Shown piece by piece: positions 17,289 to 24,436 of a DNA stretch of 32,000 nt (its first letter is position 1; each line of letters starts with the position of its first letter). Under the pieces are notes generated by a model. The model saw only the letters and a list, made by a program, of their open reading frames with translations. It made no database searches and was not told where the DNA came from. The stretch comes from Staphylothermus marinus F1 (GTDB lineage Archaea; Thermoproteota; Thermoprotei_A; Sulfolobales; Desulfurococcaceae): positions 150,001-182,000 of the forward strand of contig NC_009033.1 of the NCBI RefSeq assembly GCF_000015945.1. The letters run 5' to 3'. The position numbers and the translations under genes were made by a program.

Positions 17289-18077
17289 ATGTTGCCAGGC
17301 ATAATATTTCTAGTAATTATTCTATTAATATTCTTAGCAATGAGTATTAAAATAGTGAGAGAATATGAGAGAGCAGTAATATTCAGGCTTGGAAGGCTTC
17401 TTGGTGCTAAGGGACCTGGACTCTTCTTCATAATACCATTCGTGGATAATTTTATAAAAGTAGATCTAAGAGTAACTACTGTTGATGTTCCCGAACAACA
17501 AATAATAACTAAGGATAATGTAACTGTTGGTGTTGATGCAGTAGTTTATTACAGGGTATTCGATCCCGTTCTAGCTGTTACCAGAGTTGAAAACTATCAT
17601 TATGCTGTAATGATGATGGCTCAGACAACACTTAGAGACATTATTGGACAAGTAGAACTAGATGATCTCCTCAGTAGGAGGGAGGAAATTAATAAGAGGC
17701 TTCAAGCAATTCTAGACGAAGTAACTGATCCTTGGGGTATTAAAGTAACAGCTGTAACTCTTAAACAAGTAAGACTTCCAGAATCAATGCTTCGTGCAAT
17801 GGCTAGACAAGCTGAAGCTGAGAGATGGAGACGTGCAAAAATAATTGAGGCCGAGGGAGAAAAACAAGCATCTATAATCTTGGGCGAAGCAGCTAAAATC
17901 TATGAACAACATCCTGCAGCACTACGTTTAAGAGAACTACAAACACTCCTAGAAATCGCTAAGGAGAAGAACCTAATAATAATATCTCCATCAACTCTCG
18001 GTGCAGAAACATCGTTATTAGGAACAGCTATTGCTCTATCTAGAAAAACTAGTGGCAGTGGTGGTAGTGGAGAGTGA
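17289..18077 (+). CDS. SPFH/band 7 stomatin-family protein (prokaryotic stomatin)
   Basis: N-terminal hairpin TM, then [33 protein letters not shown] ... VDAVVYYRV ... TLRDIIG ... [17 protein letters not shown], typical of stomatin/PHB. ATG at 17289 is preceded by gaggag. The TTG at 17241 in the ORF track is probably too far upstream. Confidence 0.85.
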   Translation: MLPGIIFLVIILLIFLAMSIKIVREYERAVIFRLGRLLGAKGPGLFFIIPFVDNFIKVDLRVTTVDVPEQQIITKDNVTVGVDAVVYYRVFDPVLAVTRVENYHYAVMMMAQTTLRDIIGQVELDDLLSRREEINKRLQAILDEVTDPWGIKVTAVTLKQVRLPESMLRAMARQAEAERWRRAKIIEAEGEKQASIILGEAAKIYEQHPAALRLRELQTLLEIAKEKNLIIISPSTLGAETSLLGTAIALSRKTSGSGGSGE

Positions 18078-19417
18078 GTAATATATTGAATAAACTATTC
18101 TATATATTTTTATTACTCACCATATTGACTATTAGTATTAAACCTGTATTTTCCCAAGAGACACATTATATTGTAACTGTTAATATAAATGGAGAAATAA
18201 ATTATGGTACACAATATCTTTTAGAGGAAGCTTTAAGTGAGGCCGAAAAACTAGATGCACCACTAATAATGATCCTTGATACCCCTGGAGGTCTTCTCGA
18301 CTCCGCGAATAACATGATAAAGCTGATTAGGAATAGTAATGTCCCTGTAATAGGATATGTTTATCCAGCTGGAGCACAGGCTTGGAGTGCTGGCACACTT
18401 ATATTGCTTGCTACTCATATTGCAGCTATGGCTCCGGGAACTCTTATCGGTGCAGCACAACCAGTACTATATGATCCGACAACAGGTACTTTTAAACCAA
18501 TAAATGAATCTAAAATTATTAATCCAATTGTAGGAATAATAACTACACTCGCAGAGGATCGGGGCAGAAATAAGACTGCCGCCGAATTATTTGTTAGAAA
18601 AAATCTTTATTTAACAGCTGAAAAAGCCCTTAAATATCATGTAATAGAAGTTATTGCATTAAATATGGATGATTTAATAAATAAGATTGATGGATGGACG
18701 GTTAAATTAGATAATGGGAGAGAATACGTCTTAAGAACAAAAGGAGCTGTTTTATATCATTATAGTGGTAGTATAAGGGTTTATGTTGTAAAAGCTCTTA
18801 GTGACCCAATAATAAACAGTTTAGTGGCAACACTAGGAGTATTAATGCTTATCTTCGGTTTGCTTAGTGGTCACTACTTAGTTGTGCCTCTAGCTATTGG
18901 TTTAATTATATTATCCCTTATTGGTACAGGATTCTCCATAAATGCTGTTAGTTTAGCATTGCTCGTAATAGGTGCAGTTGCTTTAGCAATTGAATTATTC
19001 ACTCCTGGCTTTGGCGTCTTAGGATTTACCGGCATAATATTAATTGCCTTATCAATAGCTTTGCTCCCAATGCTCAATCCCGGATGGCTTATTTCTCCAA
19101 GTTATCAAGCAACACTTTTCTGGACAGGAATATCTCTAGGCATAGGTCTCGGAGCATTCACTGGTTTCATACTATATAAAATAATAAAAGTCAAAAAACA
19201 ACCACCCAAATTAACCACAGTACCTGAAGGCTCGGTTGGCAAAGCAATAGATAATATAGGACCAAATAATCCTGGTTTTGTCATTGTTGAGGGAGAGTAT
19301 TGGAAAGCAATTAGTGATGAGGAAATCCATAAGGGAGATAAAATAGTTGTTATCGGCAAGGAGGGGCCATTATTGAAGGTTAGAAAAATAAGCATTCATA
19401 TGGAAAAAGAAAAATAA
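18074..19417 (+). CDS. NfeD-family membrane-bound serine protease (ClpP-class, stomatin operon partner)
   Basis: The start overlaps the stomatin stop (GTGA). The N-terminal ClpP-like domain ([18 protein letters not shown] ... [23 protein letters not shown]) is followed by 4-5 TM helices and a C-terminal OB-like NfeD domain ([38 protein letters not shown]). It parallels the PH1510/PH1511 pair of Pyrococcus. Confidence 0.8.
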   Translation: MSNILNKLFYIFLLLTILTISIKPVFSQETHYIVTVNINGEINYGTQYLLEEALSEAEKLDAPLIMILDTPGGLLDSANNMIKLIRNSNVPVIGYVYPAGAQAWSAGTLILLATHIAAMAPGTLIGAAQPVLYDPTTGTFKPINESKIINPIVGIITTLAEDRGRNKTAAELFVRKNLYLTAEKALKYHVIEVIALNMDDLINKIDGWTVKLDNGREYVLRTKGAVLYHYSGSIRVYVVKALSDPIINSLVATLGVLMLIFGLLSGHYLVVPLAIGLIILSLIGTGFSINAVSLALLVIGAVALAIELFTPGFGVLGFTGIILIALSIALLPMLNPGWLISPSYQATLFWTGISLGIGLGAFTGFILYKIIKVKKQPPKLTTVPEGSVGKAIDNIGPNNPGFVIVEGEYWKAISDEEIHKGDKIVVIGKEGPLLKVRKISIHMEKEK

Positions 19418-19422
19418 ATTAT

Positions 19423-20004
19423 TTATAGTATCCATTCCCCATTCTTTTTCTTCACTATTATCTGTCTCATTGATAACTTTGTATGATCTATTGATAACTC
19501 ATAGTGTTCAATCCTTAAACTATTATCGAATAACTCAATTATCATCATACTTGGCTTCATCGACCCTCCTCCGCCGCCCCAAACGCCAGTTAAGGATCCT
19601 GGATTAATTAGCAATATATTCTTGGTTATACCATGTTTGATAAACGGTGAATGTGTATGGCCCGTAAATAACATGTCTGCTCCTAACCGATTTGCTATTC
19701 TAGTTAATCCTCGAATATCTCCTCTAGGATAAACGCCGTCACCGTGATGCACACCTATAGTGATATCATTAATTTTAAATATTTGTGTTTTAGGCAACGG
19801 TAAATAATCCATGTTTCCTCTCACAGGATAACTCTTTTTTCCAAGACCTAGAAACCATCTATAAATATTCTCTCCTACGAAATCCCCAGTGAAAACTACT
19901 ATATCCCAAGGTCTACCATATTCAATTATATTCAGTAGCTTATCAGGTATTTTATCAGCTCTGTCAGGTATATGCGTGTCTCCAATAACCAGGATTACTG
20001 CCAT
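19423..20004 (-). CDS. MJ0936/YfcE-family metallophosphoesterase (Vps29-like fold)
   Basis: MAVILVIGDTHIPDR, FTGDF, VRGNMDY, GVHHGD and FTGHTHSP are the metallophosphoesterase motifs, with the spacing and size (193 aa) of the MJ0936/Vps29 subfamily. Confidence 0.8.
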   Translation of the reverse strand: MAVILVIGDTHIPDRADKIPDKLLNIIEYGRPWDIVVFTGDFVGENIYRWFLGLGKKSYPVRGNMDYLPLPKTQIFKINDITIGVHHGDGVYPRGDIRGLTRIANRLGADMLFTGHTHSPFIKHGITKNILLINPGSLTGVWGGGGGSMKPSMMIIELFDNSLRIEHYELSIDHTKLSMRQIIVKKKNGEWIL

Positions 20005-20684
20005 ATAATACCACCTCCTTGCTCTACTATTTTATTAAAATTAGAGATTATTTCGTGAATCTGTTCGTGTTCAATCGGCGTAGATAATTTTATTGCATTG
20101 CCTCTAATGTGAATATTCATTCCCCTAATTTCAGGATGAGGAAATACTGCATCTATAACGCCTATAATTAATCCTTTATTTCTCCATGTTCTCCTACCAT
20201 ATTGTTTAATAAACTTAATCTTTACGATGGATTTGCCTTGTACTATTTTGAAAAACATGGTCGGTTTTACAAATGTAATTAATAGTTTAGCATTAGCACT
20301 ATAGTATATATACATGTATATTCCATTACTGAGTATTGCTGCAACCGGGATATTGTTGGAGGGAATACTCCATTTGGAAACATAATCTCTTATAGACTCC
20401 AGTAATCCTCTAATATATTTTTGATCAGATAAGTTAAGCATTTTTTTCCTAGTAGGAAGAAGGGATAATAGTCCTTGTCCGAAAATTATCAGTAACAATA
20501 ATATCATACTTAAACCCTGGAGAATTAATCCGGACGATTCAGCGATGAAAACAAAAACTATTAAGATAGCAAGCAGAACATATAATAGACTAATTATTCT
20601 TTTTCTGCCATTTCTAGTTAATCCAACATATATGGGAGGCTTAAGCCCTTTTATGATATACCATTTATCTTCTACTTCACTCAT
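19995..20684 (-). CDS. hypothetical two-TM membrane protein, overlaps the downstream phosphoesterase start by 10 nt
   Basis: ATG at 20684 (MSEVEDKWYIIKG...); the TTG at 20696 is possible but abuts the C/D sRNA. Two hydrophobic helices (IISLLYVLLAILIVFVFIA and LSMILLLLIIFGQGLLSLL) precede a ~140 aa soluble tail. I recognise no family. Confidence 0.55.
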   Translation of the reverse strand: MSEVEDKWYIIKGLKPPIYVGLTRNGRKRIISLLYVLLAILIVFVFIAESSGLILQGLSMILLLLIIFGQGLLSLLPTRKKMLNLSDQKYIRGLLESIRDYVSKWSIPSNNIPVAAILSNGIYMYIYYSANAKLLITFVKPTMFFKIVQGKSIVKIKFIKQYGRRTWRNKGLIIGVIDAVFPHPEIRGMNIHIRGNAIKLSTPIEHEQIHEIISNFNKIVEQGGGIIWQ

Positions 20685-20697
20685 TTCAAGCACCAAC

Positions 20698-20756
20698 CAA
20701 TCAGCTGGGTAACCGCTACATCACCAAATCGGTCTCCCCGAAAATTCATCACCAAG
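20698..20756 (-). ncRNA. C/D box sRNA candidate A (2'-O-methylation guide)
   Basis: Minus strand reads GUGAUGA (C box, 20752-20746), 12-13 nt AUUUUCGGGGAG(A), CCGA (D', 20732-20729), UUUG, GUGAUGU (C', 20724-20718), 12-13 nt AGCGGUUACCCAG, then CUGA (D box, 20704-20701). The box order, spacing and ~55 nt size match archaeal C/D sRNAs. It is intergenic. Confidence 0.6.
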
Positions 20757-20804
20757 ATACTTTATTATTAAAAAGGAGTTTAACAATTATTTGAATTAAT
20801 TTAG

Positions 20805-20871
20805 TTATTCAGCTGGGTGTGTCTCTATCATCCCCTAGAGTAGTCGTTCCGGGAGTAATTCATCATCAATA
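20805..20871 (-). ncRNA. C/D box sRNA candidate B (2'-O-methylation guide)
   Basis: Minus strand reads AUGAUGA (C box, 20866-20860), 12 nt AUUACUCCCGGA, ACGA (D', 20847-20844), 12 nt spacer, AUGAUAG (degenerate C', 20831-20825), 12 nt AGACACACCCAG, then CUGA (D box, 20812-20809). It shares the 3' end ACCCAGCUGA with candidate A. Confidence 0.55.
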
Positions 20872-20883
20872 ATACATGAATGT

Positions 20884-21624
20884 TTAGTTATGGATTAATT
20901 GTTTTATCATATTATTAAATATTGTATAATATGGATAAGGTAATAGAACGAATATGATTGTTTTATAATTAAACTTATCTATATTACTCAAAATAGAGTA
21001 GTAATCATGTTCGATCGCCGAAATGTATCCGTTAAGAAAGCTACTTATTCTTTCACGAACAAGATCTTTACCTCTAAAAGGATTATCGGCCATTATTTTA
21101 TAAATTATTGTTGTTATGAAGACAAATATATCCCAAAACATATAACTATACGAATTTGATCTAATAGCTTGTTCGGCATCGACTACATAGAATTTATTAT
21201 TTGTTTTCAGAAAATTAGTATACTTTGTGTCACCCATAACATATCCTGAATTATGAATCAAAGCCATTTCTTTTCCTATTCTAAAATATTCTTTCTCGTC
21301 AAAATATGGATCGAAATGTATACCATTAATATACTCTCTAATAATGCTTACAGAGACCCAGTCCTTAACTATTATATGAGGAGTCTGTACAAGTTTAGAT
21401 TCATCTTCCATAAAACTTGTCTCTCTAAGCATACGGCTTTGAGGCTCTAAGACGAAAGGATAAGCTTTAACAAATAAATTAGTTGCCTTAATAAAAAACC
21501 ATTTTACAAGCCCGGGTTCTTTAGAGTATTGCTTGTATATGAATGGATTATTATCAATGTACAAGATCTTTGTCTGCTTAAAAAACTCCTCTACAACTTC
21601 AATAAATCCACGCTTAGCACTCAA
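20884..21624 (-). CDS. atypical protein-kinase-fold protein (RIO / Kdo-LPS-kinase-like), catalytic motifs divergent
   Basis: LIHNSGYVMGDTKYTNFL...KFYVVDAEQAI aligns by eye with the RIO/Kdo kinase catalytic loop (l-H-x-x-G-x-x-H-G-D-l-x-x-x-N) and metal-binding loop (I-D-x-x-Q-A). The His before GD is replaced by Met, and no clear glycine-rich loop is visible. Confidence 0.45.
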   Translation of the reverse strand: MSAKRGFIEVVEEFFKQTKILYIDNNPFIYKQYSKEPGLVKWFFIKATNLFVKAYPFVLEPQSRMLRETSFMEDESKLVQTPHIIVKDWVSVSIIREYINGIHFDPYFDEKEYFRIGKEMALIHNSGYVMGDTKYTNFLKTNNKFYVVDAEQAIRSNSYSYMFWDIFVFITTIIYKIMADNPFRGKDLVRERISSFLNGYISAIEHDYYSILSNIDKFNYKTIIFVLLPYPYYTIFNNMIKQLIHN

Positions 21625-21642
21625 TAAGTTGCACCAATTAAA

Positions 21643-21948
21643 TCATAGTTCCTCGTATATCTCACGCGGAACTTCAACTATTTTTTTACCTGCAACGACT
21701 TGATCAACACTATGAATAACTCCACCAAGCTCTTCAATCAAGACTCTGGTTTCGCCAAAATCTATGTTTTCTCCCTCTATGACCACTATAATGTTTTGTG
21801 TTTCAACATCTACTTCTTTCACAGTAATATTAACTGCGTTTACACCTTTAACTCTTGATAAGTTTTCTGCAATATCAACTATTGAAGGCCCTTTAATAGG
21901 TATTAATACATCCAATACCAGTCTCTTAATCAAGGCTTCCCCTATCAC
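21643..21948 (-). CDS. DUF211-family small protein (conserved archaeal, function unknown)
   Basis: IKRLVLDVLIPIKGPSIVDIAENLSRVKGVNAVNITVKEVDVETQNIIVVIEGENIDFGETRVLIEELGGVIHSVDQVVAGKK matches my memory of the DUF211 pattern (RRLVLDVLKPH-PS...GV-GVNI-V-E-D-ET-----IEGE-ID-----IE--GG-IHS-DEVV-G). Confidence 0.7.
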   Translation of the reverse strand: MIGEALIKRLVLDVLIPIKGPSIVDIAENLSRVKGVNAVNITVKEVDVETQNIIVVIEGENIDFGETRVLIEELGGVIHSVDQVVAGKKIVEVPREIYEEL

Positions 21949-22059
21949 CTAATACTATAATATATTTAAAATAAGCTATTAAGGATTTAGATAAAAACAT
22001 AAAAAAGCTAATACATAACGATAATTAAGTAATAGGCAATCTTCGACTAGGGTGAGAAA

Positions 22060-22320
22060 ATGAGCAAAGAAATTCAACCTCCCGAGCCTATAGTAAGGAA
22101 ACCCATGCTTAGAAAACATGGAGGTTTAAGCCCCGGTCTACGCGTAGGCAGAGGATTTAGTAAGAAAGAACTAGAAGCAGTTGGTTTAGATCTGAAAACC
22201 GCAAAGAAACTAGGTCTACGAATAGATAAACGCAGAAGAACCATACATGAATGGAATGTTCAAGCATTAAGAGATTATTTAACAAAGATCGGGTATATAG
22301 CTAAAAATGAGAATAAATGA
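22060..22320 (+). CDS. rpl13e: ribosomal protein L13e (eL13)
   Basis: GLRVGRGFSKKELEAVGLDLKTAKKLGLRIDKRRRTIHEWNVQALRDYL matches the eL13 core (R-x-G-R-G-F-S-x-x-E-L ... G-I-x-V-D-x-R-R-R). gggtgag lies upstream of the ATG. Among archaea, eL13 is essentially restricted to crenarchaeal lineages. Confidence 0.85.
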   Translation: MSKEIQPPEPIVRKPMLRKHGGLSPGLRVGRGFSKKELEAVGLDLKTAKKLGLRIDKRRRTIHEWNVQALRDYLTKIGYIAKNENK

Positions 22321-22328
22321 AATGAAAT

Positions 22329-22390
22329 GCCCAGGGGAGTCACCCCTGTTCATCCCATTCCCGCATCTACGGGAGAGTCACAGGGGCCGG
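22329..22390 (+). ncRNA. GC-rich structured element immediately 3' of rpl13e (candidate small RNA or 3' UTR structure; strand uncertain)
   Basis: gcccaggggagtcacccctgttcatcccattcccgcatctacgggagagtcacaggggccgg is far more GC-rich than its surroundings. Hairpin 1 pairs 22332-22337 with 22343-22348. Hairpin 2 pairs 22359-22363 with 22370-22374. An alternative helix pairs 22343-22349 with 22380-22386. The direct repeat GGGAG(AG)TCAC occurs twice. Confidence 0.35.
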
Positions 22391-22430
22391 TTCAAAAACT
22401 ATTTTTATTTAATTTGTATATAAATTTATT

Positions 22431-22462
22431 TGTGGGACAACTTTCCCACACACCGCGTTTTT
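22431..22462 (+). terminator. 7 bp hairpin followed by a T5 tract (possible 3' end of an RNA or terminator)
   Basis: tgtggga-caactt-tcccaca (22431-22450) is followed by caccgcg-ttttt. Confidence 0.3.
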
Positions 22463-22625
22463 ATTGACAAAAAAATCCTAGGAAAAATGGATTTTTTTGA
22501 AAAAAATTGTTTGTTCTTAATAAATATTCATGGGAAAGAAAGCCAATGTTCTAAGTAATTAGTTGAAATATATAAGTCAATATAATAGTAGTCAGTGAAG
22601 AGATCAACGGGGGGATAGAGCTCGA

Positions 22626-22955
22626 GTGGAACGCCTAGAATTTGATGAACGCCTACAAGAAAATGGCAAGGATAACTATATAGTACTAGATTTGAAGCCT
22701 CACAGCAGGGTTGTAAGTTTTAAAATTGAAGAGAATACTATTTCGAGATTTGATAAATATATTAGACAACTCGGTTTTAGGAGTAGAAGCCTTGCTATTA
22801 AACAATTAATATATGCTTTTATAGAAGCAATGGAGAAGCGCTTCAATAGAAATAGCAAGAATTTTACTATAGATGATAATAAAGATGCTTTATTAACGAT
22901 TAATGGACTTATTCTCGGCATTGTTATAAAAGAAAATAAAAATAATAAAGAATAA
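22626..22955 (+). CDS. small putative ribbon-helix-helix (CopG-like) DNA-binding protein
   Basis: GTG start downstream of ggggggat. The segment VVSFKIEENTISRFDKYIRQLGFRSRSLAIKQLIYAFIE fits the strand, helix, turn, helix pattern of RHH proteins. The overlapping antisense ORF 22700..22921 is less protein-like. Confidence 0.45.
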   Translation: MERLEFDERLQENGKDNYIVLDLKPHSRVVSFKIEENTISRFDKYIRQLGFRSRSLAIKQLIYAFIEAMEKRFNRNSKNFTIDDNKDALLTINGLILGIVIKENKNNKE

Positions 22956-23037
22956 TGGGTTCCCTTTATTATAAAATCGGTGATCTTCTTCTAATTGATT
23001 ACACTACTTAACCACTTATTGATCAGCTTCTTGTTCC

Positions 23038-23427
23038 TCATAACTTGCCTTCCTTGATCTTTTGGATAATGATTCGGGCGATATCGGCCGGCAAACTTAT
23101 TTGATGAGCCAGTTGTTCAACAGGCATATCTGGGCCAAATTCTTGTAATGCTTCTTTGACTGCGGTTATGGGTTCAATATAGTATACTTTTCTACTAATC
23201 CTTTTACGAGCTACTATGCCGAGTCTATTTAGTTCTGCGAGATACCTTGATTCTATCGTTCTCGGTCTGCCGGTCTTTTTAGATAGATCTTCAGCCGTAG
23301 TCTTCTTTAATTCTAATACTGCTTTCAGTGTTCTCCACAAGGGTGGTGATAGAGTAATTCCTCTTTTCATCAAGAACCTTATATCGTATATGCTACAAAA
23401 CTCCTCTTCAGACATGTTTTCCACCAT
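23038..23427 (-). CDS. winged helix-turn-helix transcriptional regulator (ArsR/TrmB-like)
   Basis: LWRTLKAVLELKKTTAEDLSKKTGRPRTIESRYLAELNRLGIVARKRISRKVYYIEP is a typical wHTH (helix-turn-helix plus beta wing). A second short helical module lies at the C-terminus. Confidence 0.6.
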   Translation of the reverse strand: MVENMSEEEFCSIYDIRFLMKRGITLSPPLWRTLKAVLELKKTTAEDLSKKTGRPRTIESRYLAELNRLGIVARKRISRKVYYIEPITAVKEALQEFGPDMPVEQLAHQISLPADIARIIIQKIKEGKL

Positions 23428-23734
23428 ACAACACTTTTCTATAATCTATGTAACGTTTATATCACGATATAAATATTTTGTTCTCCTTCTATAAACTTTA
23501 TGATTTATTATACAAATCTCTACTATATGAGTAATTATTATTATAGTCAGAACTTATTTTAATATTTAAACAAATTTCTAATAAACAATTATTTTTTCCG
23601 TTTATGTCAATATTAGCATTTTTAATTAAATGAATTAAACATTTAAAACAAAAACAAAATGCTTTAAAATATATTGATAAATAATCCTAGGTATTTATAT
23701 GGATTTAAGAAGATAAATTATCAAGGTGTAACAA

Positions 23735-24400
23735 ATGACTGAGTGGGGCTGGTTAGGTGGAAGAAGGCTTCAAGATATTATTACGAAAAGCTTAGAACAC
23801 ATTAAAACAGTTCATTCAGCTGTTTTAAAGCTGAACGAACTCATAAATAGCTTGATAAACGATGATGTAGATCATGCTACTAAAATATATAGTGAAATAG
23901 TAACAGCAGAGCGAAACGCAGATTCGATTAAACGTGAGATTCTTTATAGTTTGAAAGGCGTCTTTATTCATCCGTTAGATAGGGAAGATCTACTAAGACT
24001 TATACTTACTGCAGATGATATTGCAGCATATGTTAAGGCGACCGGACGCAGATTAATAAGCTTATATAGTACAGGTTACAAAATACCCCGAGAAGTACTT
24101 GAGTTAATGAATGATATCATTAATAAAACAGTTCTAGCATCTAAGTCTTTACTTGATAGTGTATTGGCTCTAGGAACTGATCCTTCTAAGTCCATAGAAT
24201 TAACACATAGTGTTGAAAATTACGAGGAGGAAATAGATGAGATTAGAATGAAAGCATTAGAGAAAATATATATGCAATGCAAGGAGAATTTAACGATGGA
24301 ATGCATACTTCTTAAAGATGTTATAGAGGACCTAGAGGCAATAAGTGATAAATGTGAAGATACAAGTGATGTTGTAAGATTAATAGCGATATCAAGTTGA
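23735..24400 (+). CDS. DUF47 / PhoU-related protein (TIGR00153-type, putative phosphate-transport regulator)
   Basis: AERNADSIKREILYSLKGVFIHPLDREDLLRLILTADDIAAYVKATGRRL and the second repeat EEEIDEIRMKALEKIY...LKDVIEDLEAISDKCEDTSDVV match the two-repeat DUF47/PhoU helical pattern (E-x-x-x-D ... P-x-D-R-E-D ... D-D-I-x-D). Confidence 0.7.
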   Translation: MTEWGWLGGRRLQDIITKSLEHIKTVHSAVLKLNELINSLINDDVDHATKIYSEIVTAERNADSIKREILYSLKGVFIHPLDREDLLRLILTADDIAAYVKATGRRLISLYSTGYKIPREVLELMNDIINKTVLASKSLLDSVLALGTDPSKSIELTHSVENYEEEIDEIRMKALEKIYMQCKENLTMECILLKDVIEDLEAISDKCEDTSDVVRLIAISS

Positions 24401-24436
24401 TATGCTAGTTGATGACAAAATAAAAAACTTCTTTTT

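Noticed and set aside
17126-17431. 101 aa minus-strand ORF spanning the HD / stomatin intergenic region, and the TTG 17241 start for stomatin
   Set aside because: The minus ORF overlaps both neighbouring genes and has no recognisable features. The stomatin ATG at 17289 has a gaggag site directly upstream and begins at the expected hydrophobic hairpin.
20701-20818. Repeated TCAGCTGGGT (20701 and 20809) resembling a tRNA D-loop (AGCTCAGCTGGG), raising the idea of tRNA fragments or split tRNA halves
   Set aside because: No D-stem, anticodon arm, T-arm (GTTCRA) or acceptor pairing can be drawn around either copy. On the minus strand the motif is simply a guide end plus the D box (ACCCAGCUGA) of two C/D sRNAs.
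22329-22400. GC-rich block considered as a tRNA, a truncated tRNA 3' half / att site (GCCGGTTCAAAA looks like a T-arm start), or an H/ACA sRNA
   Set aside because: The sequence after TTCAAAA does not pair back to form a T-stem. The internal hairpin has a 6 nt loop and cannot be an anticodon arm. There is no ACA/ANA box 3' of a lower stem and no K-turn or K-loop GA motif. It is kept only as an unclassified structured element.
23428-23734. Long AT-rich spacer considered as a replication origin
   Set aside because: I could find no repeated ORB or mini-ORB-like inverted elements, and there is no orc1/cdc6 gene nearby. Divergent promoters are the simpler explanation.
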